A stretch of 64,000 bases of DNA from an uncultured Chthoniobacter sp. (GTDB lineage: Bacteria; Verrucomicrobiota; Verrucomicrobiia; Chthoniobacterales; Chthoniobacteraceae), in contig CAIQUL010000245.1 of assembly GCA_903874975.1 (NCBI GenBank), forward strand, positions 2,754 to 66,753, in the 5' to 3' direction. Both the position numbers and the translations under genes were made by a program. The notes under the pieces are model-generated. The model was not told where the DNA came from, did not search any database, and saw only the letters and a list, made by a program, of their open reading frames with translations. Below, piece by piece: positions 8,608 to 17,082 of the stretch; position 1 is the stretch's first letter; every line of letters begins with the position of its first letter.

Positions 8608-9549
8608 CTAACTCTGCCCCGGCACGGTCGTCCGCAGCACGGCGGCGGCGGCGGTCAGCGGGTGGATTTCGCGGGTGGTGGTTTCGGCGGGGAGGAGAAA
8701 AAAAGCGCCGCGGGTGAATTCGCGATCGGCGCAGCGGACCCGGCCCGCGATCACCGAGAAGATCGCGAACCCCGGCCCGGAGTGCGTGCGCGGCTGATCG
8801 AGCGCCCACTTTTCCACCCGGAAATACGCGCAGTCCGCGACCGTCTCGCGCTGCGCTGGCGTGGCCTGCGGCTCGAGGTCCGTGAAGTCGATGGACTCCA
8901 TGGACGCGCCGACGTGCAACTCGCGCGGCTGGCCGTCGAGCCCGAGGCGGTTCCAGTCGAAGACGCGATAGGTGGTGTCGCTGTTCTGCTGGACCTCGAT
9001 GATGAGATTGCCCGCGCCGATGGCGTGGATGCGGCCGCTGGGGATGAACATGGCGTCGCCCGTTTTCACGGGAAAGCTGTGGATCTGCTCCGCGACGGTG
9101 CCGTTTTCGAGCGCCGTCTGGAAACCCTCGCGCGTCACCCCCCGGCGCAGCCCGGCGTAGAGATCGCTGTCGAGCAAGGCGTCGAGGATGAACCACATCT
9201 CGGTCTTCGGTTCACCGCCGAGCCGGTCGGCCACACCGGCGGGCGGGTGAACCTGCACGGAGAGCCGTTCCTGAGCGTCGAGGATTTTGCAAAGCAGCGG
9301 AAAGCGGGGCGTGTCGGCGAGTCCGTGGCCAAAGATTTCCGCGCGACGCTCCGTCCACAACTCGTGCAGCGTGGTCCCGCGCAACGGGCCTTCATGCACC
9401 ACGCTCTGCGCCTCCTCGCGATCCACGATTTCCCACGACTCCCCCACCCGCTCGCCGTGCGGCAGCTTTTTGCCGAGCAGATGCTCCATGCGCCGTCCGC
9501 CCCAGACGCGTTCCATGAAAAGCGGTTCAAAAACGAGTGGAGGAGTCAT
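8608..9549 (-). CDS. manA: class I mannose-6-phosphate isomerase
   Basis: Internal start MTPPLVFEPLFMERVWGGRRM. Contains ESWEIVD, LSVQVHPP and the cupin-type FIPSGRIHAIGAGNLIIEVQQNSDTTYRVFDW. Confidence 0.8.
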   Translation of the reverse strand: MTPPLVFEPLFMERVWGGRRMEHLLGKKLPHGERVGESWEIVDREEAQSVVHEGPLRGTTLHELWTERRAEIFGHGLADTPRFPLLCKILDAQERLSVQVHPPAGVADRLGGEPKTEMWFILDALLDSDLYAGLRRGVTREGFQTALENGTVAEQIHSFPVKTGDAMFIPSGRIHAIGAGNLIIEVQQNSDTTYRVFDWNRLGLDGQPRELHVGASMESIDFTDLEPQATPAQRETVADCAYFRVEKWALDQPRTHSGPGFAIFSVIAGRVRCADREFTRGAFFLLPAETTTREIHPLTAAAAVLRTTVPGQS

Positions 9550-9589
9550 GGCGAAGTGGCGGGCAGATTCGGTCGGTGCCGCGCAAGTC

Positions 9590-10207
9590 TCAACCCTCAA
9601 CTTTTCCCTCCGCCCGCCGCCAGTCCGCCTCGGTGTCGATGTCCGGCAGCGCGGCCAGCTCCTGCACGCGCAGCCCGGCAGCGTGCGCCCGCGCCAGGGT
9701 CTCCGCGCGAACGGCATCGGTGCTCCACGCGATGTCGCGAAAGAGCGCCGCGCACGGCTCCCGCAGCGCGAGCAGGTAATAGCCGCCGTCCGTGCTCGGA
9801 CCGAGGACGGCATCGTGCGAGCCGAGCGCCTGCCAGGTGGCGGCGAAAGTCGCGGGCGTCAGCTCGATGCAGTCGCTCCCGATGACCGCGACGTTTTCAA
9901 ACCCCAGCGCGAACGTCTCCGCAAACGCCTGCTCCAGCCGCGCCCCCAGATCGCCCTCCGCCTGCGGGAGAAAAACCGCGCGGCGACCGGCGGGCGCAGC
10001 GCCCAGCCAGGCGACGATCTCCGCGCGTTTCTCGGGCGGATCGAAAGCGACCACCAGCTCCTCCTCATCCGGCAACGACTCGATCACCGCCGCCACGAGC
10101 CGCCGGTAAATCCTCGCCGCAACCTCCGCCCCGACCGTCGCGGCGAGGCGCGTCTTCACCCGCCCGGGCTCGGGGTATTTTACAAAAAGCAGAATCGCGC
10201 GGCGCAT
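9590..10207 (-). CDS. DUF2064 / TIGR04282-family glycosyltransferase-like protein
   Basis: Contains MRRAILLFVKYPEPGRVKTRL, QAEGDLGARL, VIGSDCIELT, GPSTDGGYYLLAL and WSTDAV, the characteristic DUF2064 motif series. Start chosen at the second Met. Confidence 0.7.
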   Translation of the reverse strand: MRRAILLFVKYPEPGRVKTRLAATVGAEVAARIYRRLVAAVIESLPDEEELVVAFDPPEKRAEIVAWLGAAPAGRRAVFLPQAEGDLGARLEQAFAETFALGFENVAVIGSDCIELTPATFAATWQALGSHDAVLGPSTDGGYYLLALREPCAALFRDIAWSTDAVRAETLARAHAAGLRVQELAALPDIDTEADWRRAEGKVEG

Positions 10208-10228
10208 CGGGCGGACTCTAACCAGCAC

Positions 10229-10574
10229 TCATCTGTGCGCCATCACATGCACGCCGGTCCAGTCGGGGCCGGGCGGTTCCGCGAGGAAACGCCAGCTGCG
10301 GCGGAGGTATTCCCGGCTGAGCCAGTCGCCGGGCAGCAGACGCTCGGCGGCGTCCAGGTAGAGCACGGCGGCGGCAAATTCGCCGCGCCGGTGCAGGGCG
10401 AGGTTCACGCAGTCGCCGATCACCGAGACCTCCCTCTTTTCCTCGCAGCCGAGGTTGCCGACGATGGCCTCACCGCTGTTGATCCCGACGCCAAATTCAA
10501 ACCTGCTCCAGCCGCGCTCCGCCCAGTCTTCATTGAGCCGACGCAGAGCCAGGCGCATGCGCAGCGCGGTGCGG
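10229..10574 (-). pseudogene. 5'-truncated class III adenylate/guanylate cyclase catalytic-domain remnant
   Basis: ORF 10229..10693 contains only the C-terminal half of the cyclase fold (FGVGINSGEAIVGNLGCEEKREVSVIGDCVNLA...). The N-terminal metal-binding half is missing. Homology begins immediately next to copy 1 of the 73-bp repeat. Confidence 0.6.
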
Positions 10575-10647
10575 ACGGCGCGGCCGGAAGGACAACCGTG
10601 TCCAAAATTCCCCTCACAAAACAGCGGATAACTGGCGCTGGGCGGCG
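10575..10647. repeat. 73-bp dispersed repeat, copy 1 (identical to 15867-15939)
   Basis: The sequence acggcgcggccggaaggacaaccgtgtccaaaattcccctcacaaaacagcggataactggcgctgggcggcg was read in both places. It contains the hairpin GGAAGGACA-ACCG-TGTCC(AAAA)TTCC. Confidence 0.95.
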
Positions 10648-10888
10648 TGGCGAAGTTTATCGAAGACATGCAGAAGCAAGCTTCCCGACTCATCGATTTC
10701 GGATCACGGAGCCCGGCAGTTTTGGCGGGTTTCCTGTTTTTTTTTGAGCAAGCGAAATAATTTGCGTTAGCCGCGCAACCCTTACCGAACCGTGTAGTTT
10801 ACCCCGCTCTGCTCCCCTCACCCCCGACCCCGATCCCAATTCTGACCGTTGCCGGTGCGCTGCGCGCGCAAGCAAGTTCCCAGCAGCC

Positions 10889-13800
10889 ATGAAAACCCGA
10901 CGAAATCGAAACCCGTTCTTCTTTTCGCGTGCGGGGTTCCTGCTCATTTCCATAACGGTTGCCGGTGCGGCCGCATTGTCCCTCCACTGGGCCGATGGCG
11001 ACACCGTTGTCAATAGGGATGCCGCCATCCAAGCGGTCCCCTACAGCACAGCGGTCAACACGATCGCAAAAGGCGGGACGGCAGGGACGCCTGTCCACCT
11101 GGCCACTGCCGCCATCGTCGATGTGGATGCCACCGCCCTGGCGGTTCCGAACGGCACGGCGGTCACCACGATCGCGAACAGCGGGACGGCGGGGGCATTT
11201 ACCACCGTGGCGGGCCAGGTGGTGGCAACCAGCCATCCTGCCAACAACTATCCCGGTGTTGCGATCAGGGGGCTCGGCTTCGGTGTGGCTGACAAGATGC
11301 ATGCCGCGCAACTCGCCCCGGCGGTGGGGCTGGCCGGCAATCAGGTACACAGCGTGCGGGCGTGGGTCTGGAACCCGGTCATCGGGAGCCGCGAAACGAT
11401 CGTGGCATGGGGACGCCGGGGCGGGCCCATCGGTACGAACTGCGGGTTTCACCACGGAACGGACGCCGGTTACGGCGCGGTCGGCCACTGGAATGCCCCC
11501 GATGTCGGGTGGGGCACCATGAACGGCACCAATATCAACAACACCGCCGGGCGTTGGGTCCAACTTTCCTACACTTTCGATGGAACCACCTCGTGCGTCT
11601 ATATCGACGGACTGCTGAGTAATGTGGATGCCCACGGCGCGCTCAATGTCCACGGCGAGTCGAATCCCATCGCGCTCGGTGCGGAGAACGACAACGGCAA
11701 CCCCAACACCGCCCCGATCCCCATGGACGGGACGATCGCCCGCGTGCAGGTCTTCGATACCGTGATGAGCGCTCAACAGATCCTTGACGCCTTCAACGCG
11801 GAGAAAGCGCTCTTTTTCGACGGGATCACGGACACCACCGACACGGACGGCGACACGATCCTTGATGCCATCGAGGACCGGCATGCCTGCCTCGACAAGA
11901 ATGTGCCGGATGCCGGGGCGGACCCGGACAGCGATGGGCTGAGCAACCTTCAGGAACTGGCGGGAGGCACCGACCCCTGCGATGCGGACAGCGACAATGA
12001 CGGCTGGAACGACGGAGCGGAAGTCGCAGCCGGGTCCGATCCCAACGACGATGCGGATTACCCTGGGGCTGTGGTTTCAGTCGTAAACCTCGATGCCACC
12101 AAACTGGGCGTGGCGAACGGGACTGTCATCACGACAATCGCCAACCCCGGGGATGCCGGGCTGTTCACGACGGTGGCGGGCACGGTGGTGGCGACGAGTC
12201 ACCCGGCGAACAATAGTCCCGGGGTCCTGATCCAGGGCCTTGGTTTCAACGGCGGCGACAAGATGACGGCCGCGCAACTCGCCCCTGCGGTGGGTCTTTC
12301 GGGCAATCAGGTCCACAGCGTCCGGGCATGGGTTTGGAACGGGGCGCTCGGCACCGAGGAGACCATCGTGGCCTGGGGGCGCCGCGGCGGAGCGCCCAAC
12401 GGCTCGAATTGCGCTTTTCACCAGGGATTGAGCGCCGACTTCGGTGCGGTGGGTCACTGGGGAGCACAGGATGTCCCCTACGGCACCATGAACGGGACCA
12501 GCATCGCTGCCACCGAGGGGCGCTGGGCGAATCTGGCCTACACCTTCGACGGGACCACCTCGCGGGTTTACATCAACGGCATCCTGAGCAACGTCGATGC
12601 TCACGGGGCCCTCAGCGTCCACGCGGAGTCGAACCCGATCTCGCTCGGGGCGGAAAACGAGAATGGCAACCCGGCCACCACCCAGGCTTCGCTGGATGGG
12701 ACGATCGCGCGCGTGCAGGTCTTCAAGACCGTCAAAACCGCCCAGGAGATCCTTGACGCCTACAACGCAGAGGCTCCCCTGTTTTTCGACGGGACCGACC
12801 CGAACGTGCCGCCGGTCGCGGTGAACGACACGGTCACGATGCACGCCAACGGGAAATTCCGTCTCAACGTGGTCGCCAACGACACCGGCGGAATCAAGCG
12901 CTCGACGCTGCGGATCACTTCGGGGCCGTCCCACGGGTCTGCGGTGGCGCATCCAGACGGGACGATTTTCTACCAGCACACCACCGGCACGCCGGCCAGC
13001 GACGCGATCACGTATGCGGTGGACAATTTCACCGGGACCCTCACCTCCAGCGCGACGGTCACGATCAGCTTCACGACGAATTTTCGTTTCGACGCCGGCT
13101 TCGCGACGCTGCCGGCCGGGCCACCGCCCACCGCCTACAAGCTCGAGGAGGCCTTTCCGGGAATCACCTTCCAAGGTCCGCATACCGCCGACACCGTGCG
13201 GGGAGATACCCGGAAGCTCTTCGTCGCGCAGGATGACGGAAGGGTTTACCTGATCCCGGATGTCACCCAGACGCCCGCGACGAGTGTCCTCGTGCTCGAT
13301 ATCCGTTCCGAAGTGGACTCTGCCGCGTTCGAGAAGGCCTTGAAGGGGATCGCGATTCACCCCAACTGGGCGAACAACGGGTACATTTTCCTGACCTATG
13401 ACACTCTCCAGGGAGGAGTGCGGGTGGCGCGGTTCACTTGCTCGACGACTGCGCCCTACGCAGCCAATCCGGCCTCGAAGGTGGTGCTGCTCGACCAGAA
13501 CGCCGACAGCGGCATCCACAGCATCGGCCAGTGTCGGTTCGGGCCGGACGGATACCTCTACGTCGGCTTCGGCGACAACGGAGAGCAGAGCGACGCGGGA
13601 GACAATTCGCAGCATATCGACCGGAACGTCTGGTCCTCGATCATCAGGATCGACGTGGACAAAAAGCCCGGGAGCTTTTTCCCGAACCCGAACCCGGCGC
13701 CCGGGGCGGACCCGGGTGGCTCGAACAACGACGCGGACCTCGTCATCCCCCGGGTGGGAGGAGGCACGAGCGGCGAGGCGTATTTCTCGATTCCACCGGA

Positions 13801-15856
13801 CAATCCGTTCCTCGACAAGGTGGCCAACGACGGGCGCGGGATCGGCAGCTTCAACGGGGTCGCTCTTACCCCCAACCAGGTGCGCACCGAGATCGCGATC
13901 ATGGGGCAGCGCAACCCGTGGAGCTTCTCGGCGGAGGACAACAACGGGGACGGCACGGTGGATGAAATCTGGGTGGCCGACGTGGGACGCAGCGCGCGGG
14001 AGGAACTCTCGATCTATCCCTTCCCGCTGGTGGACGGGGGCGGGGTTTACCGCGGCAACGGCGGTTGGGGGTGGCGCGAGGCGAACCTTGCGGGAGTCCG
14101 CAGCGGGCAACTGCTCAATGGCGCCCCGGAGTCGGCCGCGACGCTGACCGAACCGTTCTACACCTATGCTCACGGAGGCGGGGCATTCGACGGATTTTCG
14201 GTGATCGCCGGGTCGCTCTACCGGAGCACGGCCAAGCCGCAGTTCACCGGGAAGTTCATTTTCGGGGACTACCTCAACGGTCATATCTGGACGCTGCAAC
14301 GGACCGCTGGAGCGCCGATCGTGGAGCGCCTCGCCGGAGAGGTGGGGCTGACGGGCTTCACGGTGGACCCTTCCAACGGCGACATCCTCGTGGTGGACCG
14401 CGGGGCGGGAGGCTTCGGGGGAGCCGGAACGGGAAGCATCAAGCGCATCACGGTCGGAGCGGACGACTCCAGCTTCCCCGCGACGCTCACGAAGACGGGC
14501 TTTTTCGCCGACCTCGGCGACCTGACGCCCCAACCCGGGGCCGTGGCATACAATCCGAACCTGCGTTTCTGGTCGGATTTCGCGGAGAAGACGCGCTGGA
14601 GTCTCATCAAGAACGCCACCGACACGATGGGATACTCGAAGGATGGCGTGTGGACCTTCCCCACCGGCATGATCTGGGCGAAGCACTTCGACATGCCCAC
14701 CGAGTGGGAGACCTTCACCCGGACCATCAACGGGGCGAATGTGATCGACCGGCGTCCGAAGGCCACTTCGCCGCGCCGACGACTCGAGACGCGTTTCCTC
14801 GTGAAAAATGCGGGCGAGGCCTACGGAGTCTCCTACCGGTGGGAGAACATCAACAGCGGGGTGCAGGGCGGGGCCAACCTCGCCGCAAACAACGGCGAGA
14901 GTTTCAATGTCGCCATCACGGTTGACGCGATACCCACGAACGTCGTGTGGCAGATTCCCTCGCGCGCGGCATGCACGAGTTGCCACACGGCGCCGGCTGG
15001 CCACGTCCTTTCGTTCAACACGCGCCAGCTCAATACCTCCGGGCAGATGGCGGGCATTTCCGGAAACTTCCTCGGGATGCTGAACACGGCGGGCTACCTC
15101 AGCGGATTCACGGGAAGCCCGGCCTCGCTTCCGCGGCACGTGCGGCCCGACGAGACGCGGTATTCGCACGAGGCGCGGGTGCGTTCCTACCTCGACGTGA
15201 ACTGCTCCTACTGCCACCGCACGGGCGGAACGGGCGGAGGCGTCTGGGATGGGCGGGGCCACCTCACTCTGGCCCAGACGGGCCTGATCAACGGCGTGGT
15301 GGTCGATGGGTCCGCCAATCCGGGCCACCTCCTCGTGATCCCCGGGAACGTCAACCGCTCGGTCGTTTACAACCGCGTCTCGGCTTCCAACGGCTACACC
15401 CGCATGCCGCCGCTGGCCGCCAACGAGCTGGATCTCGAGGCGGCGCAGCTCGTCTCGGACTGGATCGCCTCCGAGGTGCAGACCCATACCACCTACCAGC
15501 AGTGGCGGATCGCGCGCTTCGGCAACGGCACATCGCCCGAAGGCGCGCCGGGCGCCGATCCCGATGGCGATACGAGGGACAACCATGACGAATGGCTCGC
15601 CAACACGGATCCGAACAACCCATCGAGTTACTGGCAGCCTGTTCTCCGGCTCGACGGGGCCAATGCCACCCTCGACTTCGCGGGCCTCGGCAACCGAAGC
15701 GTCAGGGCCTTCCGCTCCTTCGATCTCGTGAACTGGTTCCAGTGGGCCGTGCCGGGCAACGACGGGCTCCCGTTGGATCCGAACGCGATCCACTCCCTCA
15801 TTGGTCCGCGCTCCGCCCCCGCCGAGTTCTTCCGCTTCCAAATTGACGAGAATTAA
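10889..15856 (+). CDS. 1655-aa secreted multidomain protein: 2x LamG/ConA-like, TSP3-type Ca-binding repeats, Ig/cadherin-like, glucose/sorbosone-dehydrogenase-like beta-propeller, C-terminal di-heme (2x CXXCH) domain
   Basis: N-terminal hydrophobic signal (FFFSRAGFLLISITVAG). Two roughly 235-aa paralogous modules, each ending GTIARVQVF...AQ(Q/E)ILDA(F/Y)NAE..LFFDG. Asp-rich DxDxDG repeats (DPDSDGLSNLQELAGGTDPCDADSDNDGWNDGAE). VAVNDTVTM...VVANDTG is Ig/cadherin-like. Propeller motifs are GIAIHPNW, RFGPDGYLYVGFGDNG and GQRNPWSFS. CTSCH lies at 14972-14986 and CSYCH at 15203-15217. Confidence 0.85.
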   Translation: MKTRRNRNPFFFSRAGFLLISITVAGAAALSLHWADGDTVVNRDAAIQAVPYSTAVNTIAKGGTAGTPVHLATAAIVDVDATALAVPNGTAVTTIANSGTAGAFTTVAGQVVATSHPANNYPGVAIRGLGFGVADKMHAAQLAPAVGLAGNQVHSVRAWVWNPVIGSRETIVAWGRRGGPIGTNCGFHHGTDAGYGAVGHWNAPDVGWGTMNGTNINNTAGRWVQLSYTFDGTTSCVYIDGLLSNVDAHGALNVHGESNPIALGAENDNGNPNTAPIPMDGTIARVQVFDTVMSAQQILDAFNAEKALFFDGITDTTDTDGDTILDAIEDRHACLDKNVPDAGADPDSDGLSNLQELAGGTDPCDADSDNDGWNDGAEVAAGSDPNDDADYPGAVVSVVNLDATKLGVANGTVITTIANPGDAGLFTTVAGTVVATSHPANNSPGVLIQGLGFNGGDKMTAAQLAPAVGLSGNQVHSVRAWVWNGALGTEETIVAWGRRGGAPNGSNCAFHQGLSADFGAVGHWGAQDVPYGTMNGTSIAATEGRWANLAYTFDGTTSRVYINGILSNVDAHGALSVHAESNPISLGAENENGNPATTQASLDGTIARVQVFKTVKTAQEILDAYNAEAPLFFDGTDPNVPPVAVNDTVTMHANGKFRLNVVANDTGGIKRSTLRITSGPSHGSAVAHPDGTIFYQHTTGTPASDAITYAVDNFTGTLTSSATVTISFTTNFRFDAGFATLPAGPPPTAYKLEEAFPGITFQGPHTADTVRGDTRKLFVAQDDGRVYLIPDVTQTPATSVLVLDIRSEVDSAAFEKALKGIAIHPNWANNGYIFLTYDTLQGGVRVARFTCSTTAPYAANPASKVVLLDQNADSGIHSIGQCRFGPDGYLYVGFGDNGEQSDAGDNSQHIDRNVWSSIIRIDVDKKPGSFFPNPNPAPGADPGGSNNDADLVIPRVGGGTSGEAYFSIPPDNPFLDKVANDGRGIGSFNGVALTPNQVRTEIAIMGQRNPWSFSAEDNNGDGTVDEIWVADVGRSAREELSIYPFPLVDGGGVYRGNGGWGWREANLAGVRSGQLLNGAPESAATLTEPFYTYAHGGGAFDGFSVIAGSLYRSTAKPQFTGKFIFGDYLNGHIWTLQRTAGAPIVERLAGEVGLTGFTVDPSNGDILVVDRGAGGFGGAGTGSIKRITVGADDSSFPATLTKTGFFADLGDLTPQPGAVAYNPNLRFWSDFAEKTRWSLIKNATDTMGYSKDGVWTFPTGMIWAKHFDMPTEWETFTRTINGANVIDRRPKATSPRRRLETRFLVKNAGEAYGVSYRWENINSGVQGGANLAANNGESFNVAITVDAIPTNVVWQIPSRAACTSCHTAPAGHVLSFNTRQLNTSGQMAGISGNFLGMLNTAGYLSGFTGSPASLPRHVRPDETRYSHEARVRSYLDVNCSYCHRTGGTGGGVWDGRGHLTLAQTGLINGVVVDGSANPGHLLVIPGNVNRSVVYNRVSASNGYTRMPPLAANELDLEAAQLVSDWIASEVQTHTTYQQWRIARFGNGTSPEGAPGADPDGDTRDNHDEWLANTDPNNPSSYWQPVLRLDGANATLDFAGLGNRSVRAFRSFDLVNWFQWAVPGNDGLPLDPNAIHSLIGPRSAPAEFFRFQIDEN

Positions 15857-15866
15857 CCCGTCGTGA

Positions 15867-15939
15867 ACGGCGCGGCCGGAAGGACAACCGTGTCCAAAAT
15901 TCCCCTCACAAAACAGCGGATAACTGGCGCTGGGCGGCG
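15867..15939. repeat. 73-bp dispersed repeat, copy 2 (identical to 10575-10647), 10 bp after the stop of the 1655-aa gene
   Basis: Base-by-base comparison with copy 1 shows the same orientation. Flanks on both sides are unrelated. Confidence 0.95.
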
Positions 15940-16157
15940 CGGGCAGGCTCGCGCTCCCGCTCGGTCGGCCCAAGCGCAAGCGCCGCTGGGGCGTGGGGCT
16001 CTGGCGTGGGGCTCTGCCAAAGCGTCTCGGCACAACTCCGGGCGGGAAACACTGCTGGCGATGGGTGCTCGTTGGAGCCGTGCGGCGAGAATCTGCCCGG
16101 CGGGCGCATCCGGGAGGGGAAATTTCGCACCAGCGCGGCCAGCCGTTTCGTCAACGG

Positions 16158-17021
16158 CTACGGCTGCGCCAGGGCGCGCGCTTTTCCGTCGGGCTGTTGG
16201 TAGTTCCAGTAATCAATCTTCAGACTCCGGCGAAGCGTGAGCTTTCCGCCGTCGCTTTTGCGCCATTCGCGGAGGCGATGGGGTGGTTCGCCGTCGAGGA
16301 GAAATTCGTCGGTGAGCGCACCGGCGGTCACTTTCACCGTGAGGTAGCTGCCGGTGCGGCTCCACGAAACCGACGCAGGGACAAACTTCACGTCGTCCTT
16401 TTTCGAGCGCACCACGCTCGGCGCGAGCTGGATGGCAAAGGGTGCGCCCGGTTGGGCGAAATTCATCGTGCGCACGCGCATCGGCAGCTCGTCGTAGAAC
16501 ACCGCATCCTTCGGCGCGGCGACGTTCACCGCGCCGGCGCTGGCTCCTTCCCAATAGGTGCGCCACTCGTAGCGCCAGCCGTCGCGGAGGAGCGTCACCG
16601 GGCCGGTGAGCGCGCGGAATTCCTTGTAGGTGTTGCCGCACGAATCGTTGCTCGTGAGCGTGGCTTTGATCAGCGCGCCGGAGTCCACGCGCCAGTAGGC
16701 CGAGTGCATCTGCTGATAGACGTAGATTCCGGTGGGGATGTGCAGGATTTGGTTCAGCTTGAGCACGGGATAGGTGCCGGCCGGCGAGCCCGCCTCGGCC
16801 TTCACCAGCTCGCGCTGGGAAAAGGGCTCGCGCACGAGGATGTGGATGACCTCGCTCGCGCGGGCCGCGCCGTAGCGGACCTCCTGCGCGTCGTAGAGAT
16901 TGAATTCCGCCTGGCCGTCGCCCCAATACTTTTCGTCGTGCAGCCATGCGGTGCGGAATTGCGCGTGGGCGCGGAGTGCGCCGCCGACGAGCAGCACGGT
17001 GAGGCAGAGTCGAATGTTCAT
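16158..17021 (-). CDS. hypothetical secreted protein
   Basis: Internal start MNIRLCLTVLLVGGALRAHAQ (signal peptide) within ORF 16158..17231. Composition is non-repetitive and protein-like. No family recognised. Confidence 0.6.
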   Translation of the reverse strand: MNIRLCLTVLLVGGALRAHAQFRTAWLHDEKYWGDGQAEFNLYDAQEVRYGAARASEVIHILVREPFSQRELVKAEAGSPAGTYPVLKLNQILHIPTGIYVYQQMHSAYWRVDSGALIKATLTSNDSCGNTYKEFRALTGPVTLLRDGWRYEWRTYWEGASAGAVNVAAPKDAVFYDELPMRVRTMNFAQPGAPFAIQLAPSVVRSKKDDVKFVPASVSWSRTGSYLTVKVTAGALTDEFLLDGEPPHRLREWRKSDGGKLTLRRSLKIDYWNYQQPDGKARALAQP

Positions 17022-17082
17022 GGCGCGCACCTTACCCGTTTCCGTCCAAAGGGGAACGCGCGGCGCGGTCCTCGGCTCTCCG

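Noticed and set aside
10575-10647. Sigma-54 promoter (TGGCAC-N5-TTGC) inside the 73-bp repeat (TGGACACGGTTGTCC on the minus strand).
   Set aside because: The spacing between the GG and the TTG/GC elements is two nucleotides too short, and the conserved GC dinucleotide is missing.
15991-16016. Tandem duplication GCGTGGGGCTCTG x2 downstream of the giant gene.
   Set aside because: Only two copies of a GC-rich 13-mer in a non-coding stretch, with no associated feature. Likely a trivial slippage duplication.
12077-16033. 1318-aa ORF on the minus strand, antisense to the giant gene. Similar long antisense ORFs occur elsewhere (for example 1311-2654, 2681-4009, 20577-22076, 21908-23563, 24332-26665, 30426-32717, 49656-51365).
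   Set aside because: These ORFs are Arg/Gly/Pro/Asp-rich and low in complexity, with no recognisable motifs. In every case the opposite strand encodes a protein with clear family signatures. Long stop-free shadow frames are expected in GC-rich DNA.
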